From: Candidatus Thorarchaeota archaeon
Lineage (GTDB): Archaea > Asgardarchaeota > Thorarchaeia > Thorarchaeales > Thorarchaeaceae
Direction: 5' to 3'
NCBI GenBank assembly: GCA_963726195.1
Contig: CAVSBO010000017.1
Span: 1 to 64,000, forward strand
DNA length: 64,000 nt
The notes under the pieces were generated by a model. It was given only the letters and a program-made list of their open reading frames with translations, was not told where the DNA came from and searched no databases. Shown piece after piece: positions 42,452 to 53,190 of this stretch (positions are counted from its first letter, which is position 1; each line of letters starts with the position of its first letter). The translations under genes were made by a program, and so were the position numbers.

Positions 42452-43211
42452 TTACTTGTCATGTCGCTGCGCGAGTCGATCGAGCTTGTCGGCCGTGGAC
42501 TTCAACAGTTTCTCAAGCTCAGTCGCTTTGGCTTGGTCGGGATTTCCGCTCAATTCTGCCACTAGCACGAAAAGCGAATCTAGGATACGTCGGCCCGCCT
42601 CTGGGAGAAAACGCAATTGATCAGGAAGATTGAAGAAAGGCGGGAAACGAAGCACACCAGATTCGAGTCTCTCTCGCATCTGTGAGGCGATTTGAGTCTC
42701 TTCATTCAGGAAGGTCTGGCCCAGATCCGTCAGGCGGTATTTCTTAGTACCACCTGTTGAGGGAAGTTCTTCTGCGAAACCTCGGTCTTCCAAGTCCTTG
42801 AGTAGTGGGTATAGCGAACCGGGGCTTGGTCGCCAGCGTCCTTTGGTTTCCTGCTCCATGCGAGATGCGATGTCTGACCCCGACAACTCTTGCTCCTTGA
42901 GGAGCATCAGCACCTGGTACCGCAGATATCCGCGTGGCACACGTGCTGTATGTCTCACCCACTGGGGCACAAGTGGGAGGCCAGCTGACATCATGTCGCG
43001 TAGCTTCGGAACCTTTTCTTCTGAAAGGTAGAACTTGCCGTCAACTTCAATGAATGGCAAATCAAGGCCCATTGGAGAGTGAAGAAAGAATCTCACGCCT
43101 GCGGGCAAACCCAACTCCTCCGGAGTCAGGGCTTTGTCAGGACCAGTAGACTCCTTTCGCCCTGAAAAGTGAAAGGACCTCGTCAAGTCTTTGTTCCATG
43201 AATGGCAGCAT
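42452..43211 (-). CDS. PadR family regulator with N-terminal extra domain; probable indel near 43150
   Basis: PRGYLR..VL.LL, W.PSPGSLYPLL..LE..G, KKYRLT. The upstream frame MLPFMEQRLDEVLSLFRAK appears to join STGPDKALTPEELGLP. Confidence 0.85.
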
Positions 43212-43237
43212 CTCGTTCTGGTTCCTTGTTTGTTGTG

Positions 43238-43287
43238 GATATCGTTTGTGATATCGTTAGCGATATCGTTTGTGATATCTATATAAG
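43238..43287 (-). promoter_or_regulatory. Four GATATC boxes at 12-bp period directly downstream of a TATA box (putative PadR operator)
   Basis: GATATC at 43238, 43250, 43262 and 43274. TTATATA on the minus strand at ~43280-43286. Confidence 0.7.
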
Positions 43288-43446
43288 CTTAAGGAATGAT
43301 GCATGTCGCAATCCGGGGGTGTAGGGCAGGCCAATAGCCACAGACAGGGAGAGATTCTGGTCTCAGGTGACTGAATCCCTCACATCGTACAGAAAGACTA
43401 AGAGACGGCGATACCGGCGGCTCTGTGAAGACAATTGAAGGCACCC

Positions 43447-44103
43447 ATGGACACAATAAAGCAGGCCGAGACAATCATCGAAACCGCTGTGTGGGACGAT
43501 CTCGCCGAACAGGATACACGAAAGGCGTTGAAGGCCCATCAGAAAGCAAAGACGATGCTCGAGTCCTTGAAGAACTTGGAACCTCAGCAAGAGAAGCAGA
43601 GGAAACGGGTCCTTTCATTTTGCCTATTGCGAATTGACGATGCTCTCGTTGCGCTCGGAGATGACAAAGGCTCTGTCGAAAGAGCTAGAGAGTTTCTCAG
43701 ACTTGCAAGGGAGTCAGAAGACACTGTCCAGATTGCGAGGTCACAACTCGCGCTCGGGGGTCGTCTCCTTAATGCCCAAGACATCGCAGGGGCGGAGGAG
43801 CAATTTGCACAGATACTTACGACTTGGCTCGATAGCGACAGTAGCGATTTGCAGCAAGTTGTCGGATGGACCCTCCTTGTGAGAGGGCACATACTCAATG
43901 CGAAAAGTCTTTACACGCAGGCCATCACAGTGCTCCAGAACGCTGGTACAGTCCTCACCAGTATCGGAAACTATGCGGGACTGGCGAGAGTATACGATCT
44001 GATGTCTGAGGTCTACCTGAATCTCGACGATCGCGACATGTCGGATGAATGCCGTATCAAGAGCAGCGAGTATCTCGAGAAGGCGAAAGTTGAGAAGCGA
44101 TGA
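43447..44103 (+). CDS. TPR-like helical repeat protein
   Basis: Repeated helical A..LG/A...F patterns. Confidence 0.7.
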   Translation: MDTIKQAETIIETAVWDDLAEQDTRKALKAHQKAKTMLESLKNLEPQQEKQRKRVLSFCLLRIDDALVALGDDKGSVERAREFLRLARESEDTVQIARSQLALGGRLLNAQDIAGAEEQFAQILTTWLDSDSSDLQQVVGWTLLVRGHILNAKSLYTQAITVLQNAGTVLTSIGNYAGLARVYDLMSEVYLNLDDRDMSDECRIKSSEYLEKAKVEKR

Positions 44104-44171
44104 CCCTCAAAGGATTGTGGAGAGAGATTCCTAGGAAGCCATCTGGCAGAGCGGGTGTCCAAAACAGACCT

Positions 44172-45758
44172 CTAGTACCCTGATGCTTGTCCGTCCTTCC
44201 TGTGGTCCGAGCCGCCAACCCACACATCACCGAATCTAAGTATGGCTTGGCCTCCCCCGAATTCTGATGCTGAAGCCTGAACTATATCGTGTCCTCTTTT
44301 CTTCAAATCCTTCAAGGCAGCAGCAGTAATTCCAGCTTCAAACCCGACAGTGTTGGAGTGTTGATTGTGATGAAACCTGGGATGGTCAATTGCTTGTTGG
44401 GAAGACATGTGGCAGTCGACAATGTTGCTGACAAATTGGGCATGAGCTTCGGCCTGATGATCGCCGCCCATGATTCCGAAGACTCCTAGCAGACCATCAT
44501 CGTCGTAAATGGCTCCAGGACATAGAGTGTGAAATGGCAGCTTGCCTGGCCAGTAGCAGTTCGGGTGAGATTGGTCCATAGAGAACAGGGCACCTCTGTT
44601 CTGAAGTTTGATTCCCCAACCTGGCACGACGAGACCACTTCCGAATGACATGTAGAGGCTGTTTATCAAGGACACTGCCCGACCCTCTCCATCAGCAGTC
44701 GCGAGATAGACCGTATCTGACACTTTGTTGATGCCCGACTCTGGAATATCCATGGCTTTCTTCAAGTCAATAATCCCAGCCCGTTTCCTTGCATAATCAA
44801 CTGACAGGAGCTTGTCTATTGGAACTCGATAGAAATCCGGGTCAGCATTGTGCAGCTCCAAGTCCGCATAGGCAAGCTTCTTGGCCTCAATCATTATGTG
44901 ATAGCGCTCGGCATCGAGCGGCGTGAACTCAGACATTTCGAATCCCGCCATGATGTTGAGCATGAGCTGTGCTGCAAATCCTTGGCTATTGGGAGGGTGT
45001 TCAAAGACCCGGACCCCACGGTACGAGCTCCTGACCGGCGTAGTTTCTCTTGTTGCGTGTCTCTTCATGTCATCCACCGAGACGAACCCGCCATTCGACT
45101 GTATTGTCTCAGCAATTGCCTCGGCAATCTCTCCCGCATAGAACGATTCGATTCCCTCTCTTCCCACGGTCTCGAAAGTCTTCGCGAGATCGGTATTACG
45201 CATGACCTGCCCGGTCTCCGGTCCTGCTCCGTTGACTGCGAAAGTGGCCAGTGCTTCCTTGTTCCTCAAGTAGAAGACCGCATCCTTCCAGACGGCGGAG
45301 ATCCCTAGGGAGACAGGAAAACCCTCGCGTGCGTATTGAATTGCAGGTGCCAGCACATCCTTGAATTCAAGCTGGCCATGTTGTCTGATGAGTGTGTACC
45401 AAAGATGCATGGCACCCGGTACTGTGACAGGTGCTCCTCCTCTGGTTGGCATACTGGTCCAGCCCCGGCTAATCAGTTGATTCAGGCTAACAAGAGACCC
45501 GGCTCTGCCCGAACCATTGAAACCGAGAGGAGCATCGCGGCCAGGCAGGTGAAGCAGTACAAATGCATCACCGCCACATCCTGTGCTGAACGGTTCTACA
45601 ACATCGAGTACTGCTGCGGTCGCAACTGCAGCATCAATAGCATTACCACCGTTTCTCAATATGCTAATCCCGGCCTGAGTGGCAAGGGGTTGAGATGAAG
45701 CGACCATTGCTTTCCGTGCCAGAACATCAGACCGACCAGATACCCGAGGCTTTGACAT
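44172..45758 (-). CDS. ggt: Gamma-glutamyltransferase family protein
   Basis: GGNAIDAAVA, TVPG, PPNSQG, DTVYL (N-terminal nucleophile Thr), QNRG, PFHT, SDHRKDG. Confidence 0.95.
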   Translation of the reverse strand: MSKPRVSGRSDVLARKAMVASSQPLATQAGISILRNGGNAIDAAVATAAVLDVVEPFSTGCGGDAFVLLHLPGRDAPLGFNGSGRAGSLVSLNQLISRGWTSMPTRGGAPVTVPGAMHLWYTLIRQHGQLEFKDVLAPAIQYAREGFPVSLGISAVWKDAVFYLRNKEALATFAVNGAGPETGQVMRNTDLAKTFETVGREGIESFYAGEIAEAIAETIQSNGGFVSVDDMKRHATRETTPVRSSYRGVRVFEHPPNSQGFAAQLMLNIMAGFEMSEFTPLDAERYHIMIEAKKLAYADLELHNADPDFYRVPIDKLLSVDYARKRAGIIDLKKAMDIPESGINKVSDTVYLATADGEGRAVSLINSLYMSFGSGLVVPGWGIKLQNRGALFSMDQSHPNCYWPGKLPFHTLCPGAIYDDDGLLGVFGIMGGDHQAEAHAQFVSNIVDCHMSSQQAIDHPRFHHNQHSNTVGFEAGITAAALKDLKKRGHDIVQASASEFGGGQAILRFGDVWVGGSDHRKDGQASGY

Positions 45759-45947
45759 TGGTAATCACGAGCACTCTTTCACCGCTTCCGAACTGCTGTG
45801 GACTGACAGCTGCGGTTCTCATAAGGTTCGTGCCATGGAATTCGACCCACTCTACTCAAAATCGACGCTCGTCCGCAGGCGAACCTATGTCATCTCTCGT
45901 GACCAAAGCTTTAATGAGAGGCTTGAATGAGCGACTCGTGAGGTCAC

Positions 45948-46439
45948 ATGGCGAAGCGGACTGGCGGCAGACCACAGGACCTGCGGGAAGGAATAGTGAT
46001 ACAGACATCTGTTGAGCTCCTACGGAAAGGTGCACGCAGGGCACTCTTCGAGTTCACAGAGTCGCTAATCAAGCGCACTGGGGAAAAGAGACCTGTTGCC
46101 GACGACATAGAGGTCGGTGATGCCATCGTTTTCAGAGAAGACGTCGACCTGTTGCCAGGCGAACTGGTCGCCGTGAAGGTTGCCGGAGCAAAGGGTGCGA
46201 ATCCTACTTGGTACGTAATGAGCACTGTTGAGGTTCCGCCATCTGGTTTTCCCACCGCAAAGGATGCGAGCAAGGCCGCTGACTCCGAGGCAAAGAAGCT
46301 GAGAATCCTAACAGAGTTCCTGACAAGAGACTTAGGCGTCAAAGTCAGTGAAGTCCAGAAGTGGGAACCCGACAAGCTGCTCGATGCTGCTCAGGTCTTG
46401 GCCATTATGGCTGAGGCGTCGAGACGATATGGCCATTGA
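45948..46439 (+). CDS. Hypothetical protein
   Basis: 163-aa ORF with GTGAGG RBS and a ctttaat TATA-like box. Confidence 0.7.
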   Translation: MAKRTGGRPQDLREGIVIQTSVELLRKGARRALFEFTESLIKRTGEKRPVADDIEVGDAIVFREDVDLLPGELVAVKVAGAKGANPTWYVMSTVEVPPSGFPTAKDASKAADSEAKKLRILTEFLTRDLGVKVSEVQKWEPDKLLDAAQVLAIMAEASRRYGH

Positions 46440-46444
46440 GGTTC

Positions 46445-47593
46445 CTACGCAGAAGTCCATCTATTGAAAGCTTTCATCGCCCGGTCGACGCGTCTCACGT
46501 GAGCATAGCCCGTGAGCATTCCGGTCTTTACCACATCCCGATCATAGGGCGGCATTACCCCTTTGGCCGCTAAGAGCAGTAGTTTCCGAAGCTCACTGAG
46601 CTCTGCTCCTGACCTCTGTTGCAGCCCATGCTCTACCTGAGACAATCCCCTGAGACCATCCTCGACCAGCCAGAGTATGGCATGAGCTCCGAATACAAGC
46701 GATTCGCGGCCCCGCATTCTATCATCGTTAGCCAAATTCACAAGCATTGATCTCGCGTTCTTCATGTCCGGCCGACTGCCCTGCTTCGCGGGCGTATTCT
46801 TGAGGACCCTGTCAACCTCAGACTTCAACAAATCAAACACGCCGTCCAACTTATGGACAACCTCGTCAATTTGCTGTCCTCCGTAGGATTGGATTGTATT
46901 TCGCCCAAGCGCAACCGATAGCTGCTCTGTATTCAGAGTCAAACTGCTTCCCGCTTTGAAGACCGTGTGTTCATGTTTCACGTCTTTCGAACCATCAGCT
47001 AGTATCGATAAGAGGTCCATGCCGCAGCAATTGCATATGACGGAAGGCATGATTGCGCTCTCAATCATCGCGAACAGACGCTTGACATGACCCAAGTCAT
47101 TCATACGTCTCATGTTGATTCTGCCGTCTTGCAATAGCGTAATGCTCGTTTCACCAGTGTCTGCGCGCGCATAGCCCAAGTCCCTGCTACATTTCAGGAT
47201 TTCAAACTTGGAAGAAAGGCATTCGAGCATATCACAGAGAATCACTGGGTCGAAGAGCGTGAACCGCACGAGTTCTCCTTCCTTCACACCATTGTAGACT
47301 CGGAGTTCAGCCATCACTCGGTCAACCCGGTCCTTACATGGTGAAGTCAGGAGCACTCCGCCCTTGGGCATCTCGGGCGCGGGCTTCGAGAATCCCTGAG
47401 CACCGCGGCTGGCAAGCAACTCAAACTCAGTCTTCTGGCTAGAGTATTCAGGGAGAGAAAGAAGTGGACATAGATCGCGGGCGCAGTCACCCACTACGGC
47501 AGCCCGTGCAAAGCATGCGCATCTGACATAGCCACAGAGACCGCAATCTATCTTGGGGGTCTTGTCCCATGCACGTGTCCAAACACTGCTCAT
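46445..47593 (-). CDS. Putative Fe-S cluster-binding protein (N-terminal FeS/PF04060-like domain)
   Basis: PKIDCGLCGYVRC..FA......CP, plus ICNCCG. Confidence 0.75.
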   Translation of the reverse strand: MSSVWTRAWDKTPKIDCGLCGYVRCACFARAAVVGDCARDLCPLLSLPEYSSQKTEFELLASRGAQGFSKPAPEMPKGGVLLTSPCKDRVDRVMAELRVYNGVKEGELVRFTLFDPVILCDMLECLSSKFEILKCSRDLGYARADTGETSITLLQDGRINMRRMNDLGHVKRLFAMIESAIMPSVICNCCGMDLLSILADGSKDVKHEHTVFKAGSSLTLNTEQLSVALGRNTIQSYGGQQIDEVVHKLDGVFDLLKSEVDRVLKNTPAKQGSRPDMKNARSMLVNLANDDRMRGRESLVFGAHAILWLVEDGLRGLSQVEHGLQQRSGAELSELRKLLLLAAKGVMPPYDRDVVKTGMLTGYAHVRRVDRAMKAFNRWTSA

Positions 47594-47699
47594 TGAATAG
47601 AGCCTCGGTACTGACAGGAATGGGGACAAGCAGTTTAAAGCTGCTCCCCTCGCCGTCCTGCGTCACGCTTATTAGCTCGCTCTTATCGAGCGCATTGGA

Positions 47700-48284
47700 G
47701 TGTCATGGCATGGAGCGAATCCGAAGAGCGCTCTGAAGTGGAATCAACGTTCGGATCTTGTCAAGACCGGTTTCTTGATGATTCTCGTGGTTGGCGCCAC
47801 GTTTGGGGGATATGGGTTGTTCATGCTTGCCATGGGAACGACGAGCCCACTTGTCGTGGTCACCAGCGAGTCAATGGAACCCACTTTGTATAGAGGTGAC
47901 CTTGCGGTCATACAAGCAAGAGCTCCAGACCAAATTCACCTAGGTGACATTGTCGTATATCAGGACACTACATACATGCCCGGCACAGCGATTATCCACC
48001 GAGTGGTATCCATAGACGTCATCAACGGCACCTATTACTATGCAACCAAGGGTGACCACAACCCATCCGCAGATCCGGGTACTCGTACCTACAGCGAAAT
48101 CGTGGGTGTCGTGATATTCGTCGTACCACAGCTCGGAAACGTGAGCTTGTTTCTGAGAACACCACTGGGTTTGCTTCTCATTGTCGCGGTATTCCTAGCT
48201 ATTCTCTTCGTGCCCGAAGCTGCCTGCAAGAAGAAAGAAGACACAGTAGCCGAATCACAACCAACGAAACCTGGACAAAGCTAA
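47700..48284 (+). CDS. Signal peptidase I, archaeal/Sec11 type
   Basis: VVTSESMEPTLYRGD, IIHRV, TKGDHN. Confidence 0.93.
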   Translation: MSWHGANPKSALKWNQRSDLVKTGFLMILVVGATFGGYGLFMLAMGTTSPLVVVTSESMEPTLYRGDLAVIQARAPDQIHLGDIVVYQDTTYMPGTAIIHRVVSIDVINGTYYYATKGDHNPSADPGTRTYSEIVGVVIFVVPQLGNVSLFLRTPLGLLLIVAVFLAILFVPEAACKKKEDTVAESQPTKPGQS

Positions 48285-48334
48285 CGTCCTACAAAAGAAC
48301 GGAATCCTATAGCAACCACATTTCGTTTGCCCTA

Positions 48335-49976
48335 TCATCCGAATATCTGAGAGAGGTATTTCTCAAAGAGGTCGTGTTGTTCTGTGTCGAGCTTGCGGGC
48401 ATTGGTATTTTCCACTAGCTCGGTTGCTGACTGAGCATCGAGTCTCAGAGTCAATAGTCTGCTTCCCATCTCTGCAATGGCGGGCTCGAACTTCGCTCCT
48501 TTGGTCTCCGTGTGGGATTGAAATAAGTGCAACATCGGCCTCTCCTGCATCGAGCACGTCCTTCAAGCGTTTGACGGAGTAGAAAGCTGCAACACCTCCA
48601 CTCCTGTCCCAGTCTTTCACATTCGGAATATCGATGCATAGGCGTTGCTCCCGGTCAGCCTTCCGCAGGGCGATGACAACAGTCGCCTGCTTCTCCGAGC
48701 CAGCCTTCATCACATGCAGCCTTACGCTCACTCCGGAGCCCTTGCCAGCAATTGTCAGAGCTTCAACCACAGCTCCCACTACAACAGCGGAAGTAAGCTT
48801 CACAATGCGGTCCGCCTGCGGCTCAATTTCGGTCTCCTTGGAAGAAAGGGTTGTCTCAAGAATCGACATTAGATTCCTTATTGCCTCGCGAGGAATACCG
48901 CGTGAAGAAACAAAGGCCTCATCCACATCCGACTGAGAGAACGGAAAAAGCGGATCGGGTGGAGCATCCACGTTCTGGGCCCTCCAGTATTCGCTCATTG
49001 TCGCCGCTATGTAGAGAGTGAAGTCTTCCTTGCTGAAGTGCCTCAGTTGAACCGGGCATTCCATTCTTGACCTCATTGGAGGGTCTGCAAGATTGTACAC
49101 CCGTTCCCAGATGTCGCTTAGGCACGAGGCAACGATGACCACGTTCTTGAACTCGTTATAGATGCGTTTCAGTACCTCCAAAAAATGCCGCTCGCCTTGC
49201 TCCCCGTGTGTGTTGTAGGGAGCCTCCATTTCGTCGACAAACAGTACTATGGGCCGCTCGGAGCCTTCGGCCAGAAGCTTGAGTGTGGCGAGCGTCACGT
49301 CGTCATCTTCGAGAACCGTCCTCACTCCAAGCCTCGCGATTTCTTCCTCGCTCAGTGCATCACCAAATAGCCAACGACGAGCCAGGCCACGGTTTTGAGC
49401 ATCGAGACGATATCGAAGCAGAGCCGTCACGACATCGGAGGATATGCCAGGGTATTCGCCTGAGAGCCGGTCCAATGCGTAGTTGATGTCGTACAATTCA
49501 TGGGTAACGCCCTTTACTCCTCCAAACTTCGCAACCAGCATGTCCACTGCTTCATCAAATAGTGACTCCCCAGCCTCATCAACGATGCAAGCATGAAGGT
49601 GAAGCGGCACTCGGACAGGTGCAGGAGGTGAGGGAACATACACTGCGAGGTACTTGCTGTTCGCGAAGTAGGTCTCTTCGCGGTCCTTGATGACCCAGAA
49701 CAGGTGAGTCTTTCCCATGCCCGCCCCGGCAAGAACGGGCTGGAACCGAGGCATCTTGTCACTGATGGTGAATCGTATCGCCCGCATGATTGCTCTGTCC
49801 GCGGCTTCGTGTGGCGCCGGGATGTCCACGGAATCTCGCGTATCGCCTCGACAGACGTATCGCTTCATGGGCGGGTCTTCTCTCAAGATGTCAAGATAAT
49901 TGTCCGTCTCGAGTGGTCCTTCCAACTTGACCGAGTTTTCCTCTAGCAATGGGTGTAATCCTCCAGCACTCTGCAA
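48335..49976 (-). CDS. P-loop NTPase (AAA+/STAND-like) with C-terminal alpha/beta domain; indel near 48515
   Basis: AGAGMGKTHL, VLFVDEME, SRM, PFS...GIPREAIR. Confidence 0.8.
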
Positions 49977-50178
49977 TAATACGGAGAACCATTCGGATTA
50001 TGAAATTAGTATAACCCACGGGATACGCTGCAGGCCAACTAGTGAGAGGCCCAATCGCGAAATTGGCCCCAATTGTGGGGATCAGGTTCTGACTGCTCAA
50101 GCAAGAGCATCACCCATACCAGCATGATTATGTAATGAGTTGCCACGTGAGTAGAACAGTCTCTTATGGTGGCCACAA

Positions 50179-50613
50179 ATGAAGCTCACTATTGACGTTC
50201 TCAAGCAAACCATCGATACGCTGCACATTGGCATTGTGCTCGTTGACAATGACGACAAGATTGTACTCTTCAATCGCGTTGCCGGTGAGATGTTGAAACA
50301 GGACCCAGCCAGCAGAATAGGGACATCAATATACAGATGCCATGCTGAAGTGTCGGAGCCCGCTGTCAAAAAGATGCTTACCGAGATTAGGTCCGGCGCT
50401 CTCAAGTACTATGAAGGGTGGGTAAACTACCTCGGCCGGATGCTGTACGAGTATATCTATCCGGTTCGCAACGAGAAAGGAGAATGCGTTCTCGTTCTGG
50501 AGGAACTGCACGACGCCGCTGAGAAAGCGGAGTACCTCAAGACAACAGGTGAGTGGAAAGACGTTCACGTTTCGGGCGTGGGTGTCAAGGCTCCCCGAGG
50601 TCCCAGACCTTAG
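50179..50613 (+). CDS. Stand-alone PAS domain protein
   Basis: GIVLVDNDDKIVLFNRVA, IGTSIYRCH, YPVRNEKGE. Confidence 0.85.
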   Translation: MKLTIDVLKQTIDTLHIGIVLVDNDDKIVLFNRVAGEMLKQDPASRIGTSIYRCHAEVSEPAVKKMLTEIRSGALKYYEGWVNYLGRMLYEYIYPVRNEKGECVLVLEELHDAAEKAEYLKTTGEWKDVHVSGVGVKAPRGPRP

Positions 50614-50743
50614 AATCGTGCACATCTGACGGCATGACCGCAATCGGGCATAGCGAAGGCTTGAAATACCGAACGAAACCAGCCGCCGACAGTCCAAACA
50701 TGCTAGGCGTCACAAGAGACGCCGAAGGACAGGGGTGACTTGA

Positions 50744-51934
50744 ATGGGTCGGGACCCGACTGGTTGGATGAAGCAAGAATACGACAAACTCGTGCAAGAT
50801 CATTTGGATTGGAAAATCAGAGAGCTGCAAGGACCTTCTGCACCAAAGTCGAAAGTCGATGGTGTCGATGTCATCATGCTCTGCAGCAACAACTACCTCA
50901 ACTTGAGCAATCACCCGAAGCTCAAGGAGGCGGCCATCAAAGCGATACAGACCCACGGTGTTGGATCAGGCTCCGTCAGAGCTATTGCCGGGACGATGGA
51001 TCTTCACTTGGAGCTCGAAAGGCGCCTAGCGAAGTTCAAGGGTGCAGAGGCATCCCTGACCTACAGTGCAGGGTTCACTGCAAACGAGGGTCTCATTCCC
51101 ACACTGGTTGATGAAGGAGACGTAATCGTCTCTGATGAGTTGAACCACGGAAGCATAATTGATGGAGTCAGACTAACGAAGGCCAAGCGCTTTGTCTACA
51201 AGCACCGCGACGTGGCTGACCTCGAACGAGTTCTGACTGACGTTGAGAAGGAGAATCCAAGGAGGATACTGATTATCACCGATGGTGTGTTCAGCATGGA
51301 TGGCGACATCGCACCATTGGACAAGATTGTGAAAGCCGGGCAACCTCACGGTGCCATGATTTACGTTGATGATGCCCATGGCGAAGCCGTCCTCGGGAAG
51401 GGCGGGCGTGGAATAGTCTCCCACTTCAACCTCACACACAAGGATGTCCAGTTTGAAATGGGCACATTCAGCAAGGCATTCGGTGTAATGGGCGGCCATG
51501 TATCTGGCAGTAGGGACATGGTGAATTATGCGTTGAACAAGAGCCGGTCTTGGCTTCTGAGCGCATCACACCCGCCGGCCACAGCCGCATCGTGCATTGC
51601 TGCAATTGACGTGCTTGAGACTGAAGAGAAATGGGTGAAGACGCTCTGGGAGAATCGTGAGTATTTCGTCAAGCGTCTTACAAAGATGGGCTACAACATT
51701 GGCAACAGCCAGACGCCAATCGTTCCTGCCATGGTGGGCGATAGCGCAAAGGCAGTTGACCTGAGTGCCGGTCTTTACAAAGAAGGCATCTTGGCACTTC
51801 CAATTGTGTTCCCAATGGTCCCTCGTGACAAAGCTAGAATCCGGAACATGATGAACTCCGGTCTTACCAAGCCCCAGCTTGACCAAGCACTCGCAGCCTA
51901 CGAAAAAGTCGGCAAGCAGCTTCACATCATTTAG
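50744..51934 (+). CDS. kbl: Glycine C-acetyltransferase / 8-amino-7-oxononanoate synthase family (PLP)
   Basis: CSNNYL, SVRAIAGT, DELNHGSIIDG, DGVFSMDG, DDAHG, GTFSKAFG. Confidence 0.88.
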   Translation: MGRDPTGWMKQEYDKLVQDHLDWKIRELQGPSAPKSKVDGVDVIMLCSNNYLNLSNHPKLKEAAIKAIQTHGVGSGSVRAIAGTMDLHLELERRLAKFKGAEASLTYSAGFTANEGLIPTLVDEGDVIVSDELNHGSIIDGVRLTKAKRFVYKHRDVADLERVLTDVEKENPRRILIITDGVFSMDGDIAPLDKIVKAGQPHGAMIYVDDAHGEAVLGKGGRGIVSHFNLTHKDVQFEMGTFSKAFGVMGGHVSGSRDMVNYALNKSRSWLLSASHPPATAASCIAAIDVLETEEKWVKTLWENREYFVKRLTKMGYNIGNSQTPIVPAMVGDSAKAVDLSAGLYKEGILALPIVFPMVPRDKARIRNMMNSGLTKPQLDQALAAYEKVGKQLHII

Positions 51935-52103
51935 GCGATTACGTTCCAGAGGTTGGATTAGACATCCACGCCTCTGGAGCCTCTCTCTTTTTTCCGCGAT
52001 TGTTCTCCTCCACCTAGTCGCTCCGATGAATGCGAGCTGGTCCGAGACGTGCTTCAGAACCGTTGAGGCCAATCCTTATTCTCGCTCGCGCCAATGTATT
52101 CAT

Positions 52104-52346
52104 ATGTCGAAAGCATCTGAGGCGCAGAAGGACCTCACATTTGAGATGGTATTACTCCAGGCCGCAAAGACAGGCGTGAACCTGAGACTCTATGGCAACC
52201 AGATGTGCATCATCGCAGAAGGGCAAGTTGCATTCGTGGGGAAGGGAATCGTGGCTCTTCGGCACCGAAAGGACAAGGATCCCGACGAGTTTGTCAAGAT
52301 TGACAGCATACTCAAGGTGCAGGAGCTGCCAGAACAACGCTACTAA
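52104..52346 (+). CDS. Small hypothetical beta-rich protein
   Basis: 80-aa MSKASEAQKDLTFE... downstream of a ccttatt box. Confidence 0.65.
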   Translation: MSKASEAQKDLTFEMVLLQAAKTGVNLRLYGNQMCIIAEGQVAFVGKGIVALRHRKDKDPDEFVKIDSILKVQELPEQRY

Positions 52347-52407
52347 GAGGCCTTCCATAGCTCGCTCACAGACGCACACAAGCCAACAGTCCCGCGTGAC
52401 AATCGCA

Positions 52408-52983
52408 CTAGGTTTCTTCTGCCAAGACGGCTCTTATGATGGAAGTAGCTGTTCTTCCGAGTGCCGTGACAACAAGCAGAGCAAGAAATGCCAGAATGAA
52501 TCCTCCAAGTGAAATCACAAAAGCGAAGAAACTCAGAGAAGTCATCGCAAGCGCTGCGAAATAGTATTTGTATACGAGCCAGTAGCCATACATGCCTATG
52601 ATTAGGAGAAGCCCGATAGCAAGCCCGTAGATCACTATGACCGTCTTGACTCGACGCTTCCTGAGGTCTACTGAATCAATCCCGTCGCCCATTACTGCCC
52701 GGCCTAGGCGGCGGTTGACTCTTACGAAGAAACCAATTGCCGCCAAGAAAATGAATAATGTGACCATAGAGCCCAACAGCAAGAGGAACACGGCGATATC
52801 TACTTCGATCAGATTGATGAGCCCGGAATGACTAATGTAGTACGCGACAAGGGAACCCAGCATTGCAATTGCAGACACTATTTCTACAACCAGGGCAATA
52901 GCCGCAGTTCCTCTGAAGAGTGACCCCACATCAATAGGTTCGGGTTTGCGGGCAGACTGACCAGTCGCGTCGCTATCGTTCAT
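52408..52983 (-). CDS. Hypothetical membrane protein (4 TM)
   Basis: GAGGAG RBS before MNDSD, four hydrophobic helices. Confidence 0.75.
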   Translation of the reverse strand: MNDSDATGQSARKPEPIDVGSLFRGTAAIALVVEIVSAIAMLGSLVAYYISHSGLINLIEVDIAVFLLLLGSMVTLFIFLAAIGFFVRVNRRLGRAVMGDGIDSVDLRKRRVKTVIVIYGLAIGLLLIIGMYGYWLVYKYYFAALAMTSLSFFAFVISLGGFILAFLALLVVTALGRTATSIIRAVLAEET

Positions 52984-53190
52984 CTCTCCTCTCACCACAC
53001 TTTGTCGGAAATTGCGGACTCTGTCCTGTAACATAGGAACTGATTATTCTCAAAAAGCCTTGTCGGTGACAAATACCACGAGTCAGCCAACCTGCCACCG
53101 AAGCCAATATGTACTGCGACTGATGCCGGAGGGCGACACCGCAACTGTCTAAAACCACGAACATTCTCATGTTGGGAGAGTCTGGAGGCA

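Noticed and set aside
43238-43279. Periodic repeat as a mini-CRISPR
   Set aside because: The 12-bp period with 6-bp near-identical spacers is far too short, and there are no cas genes.
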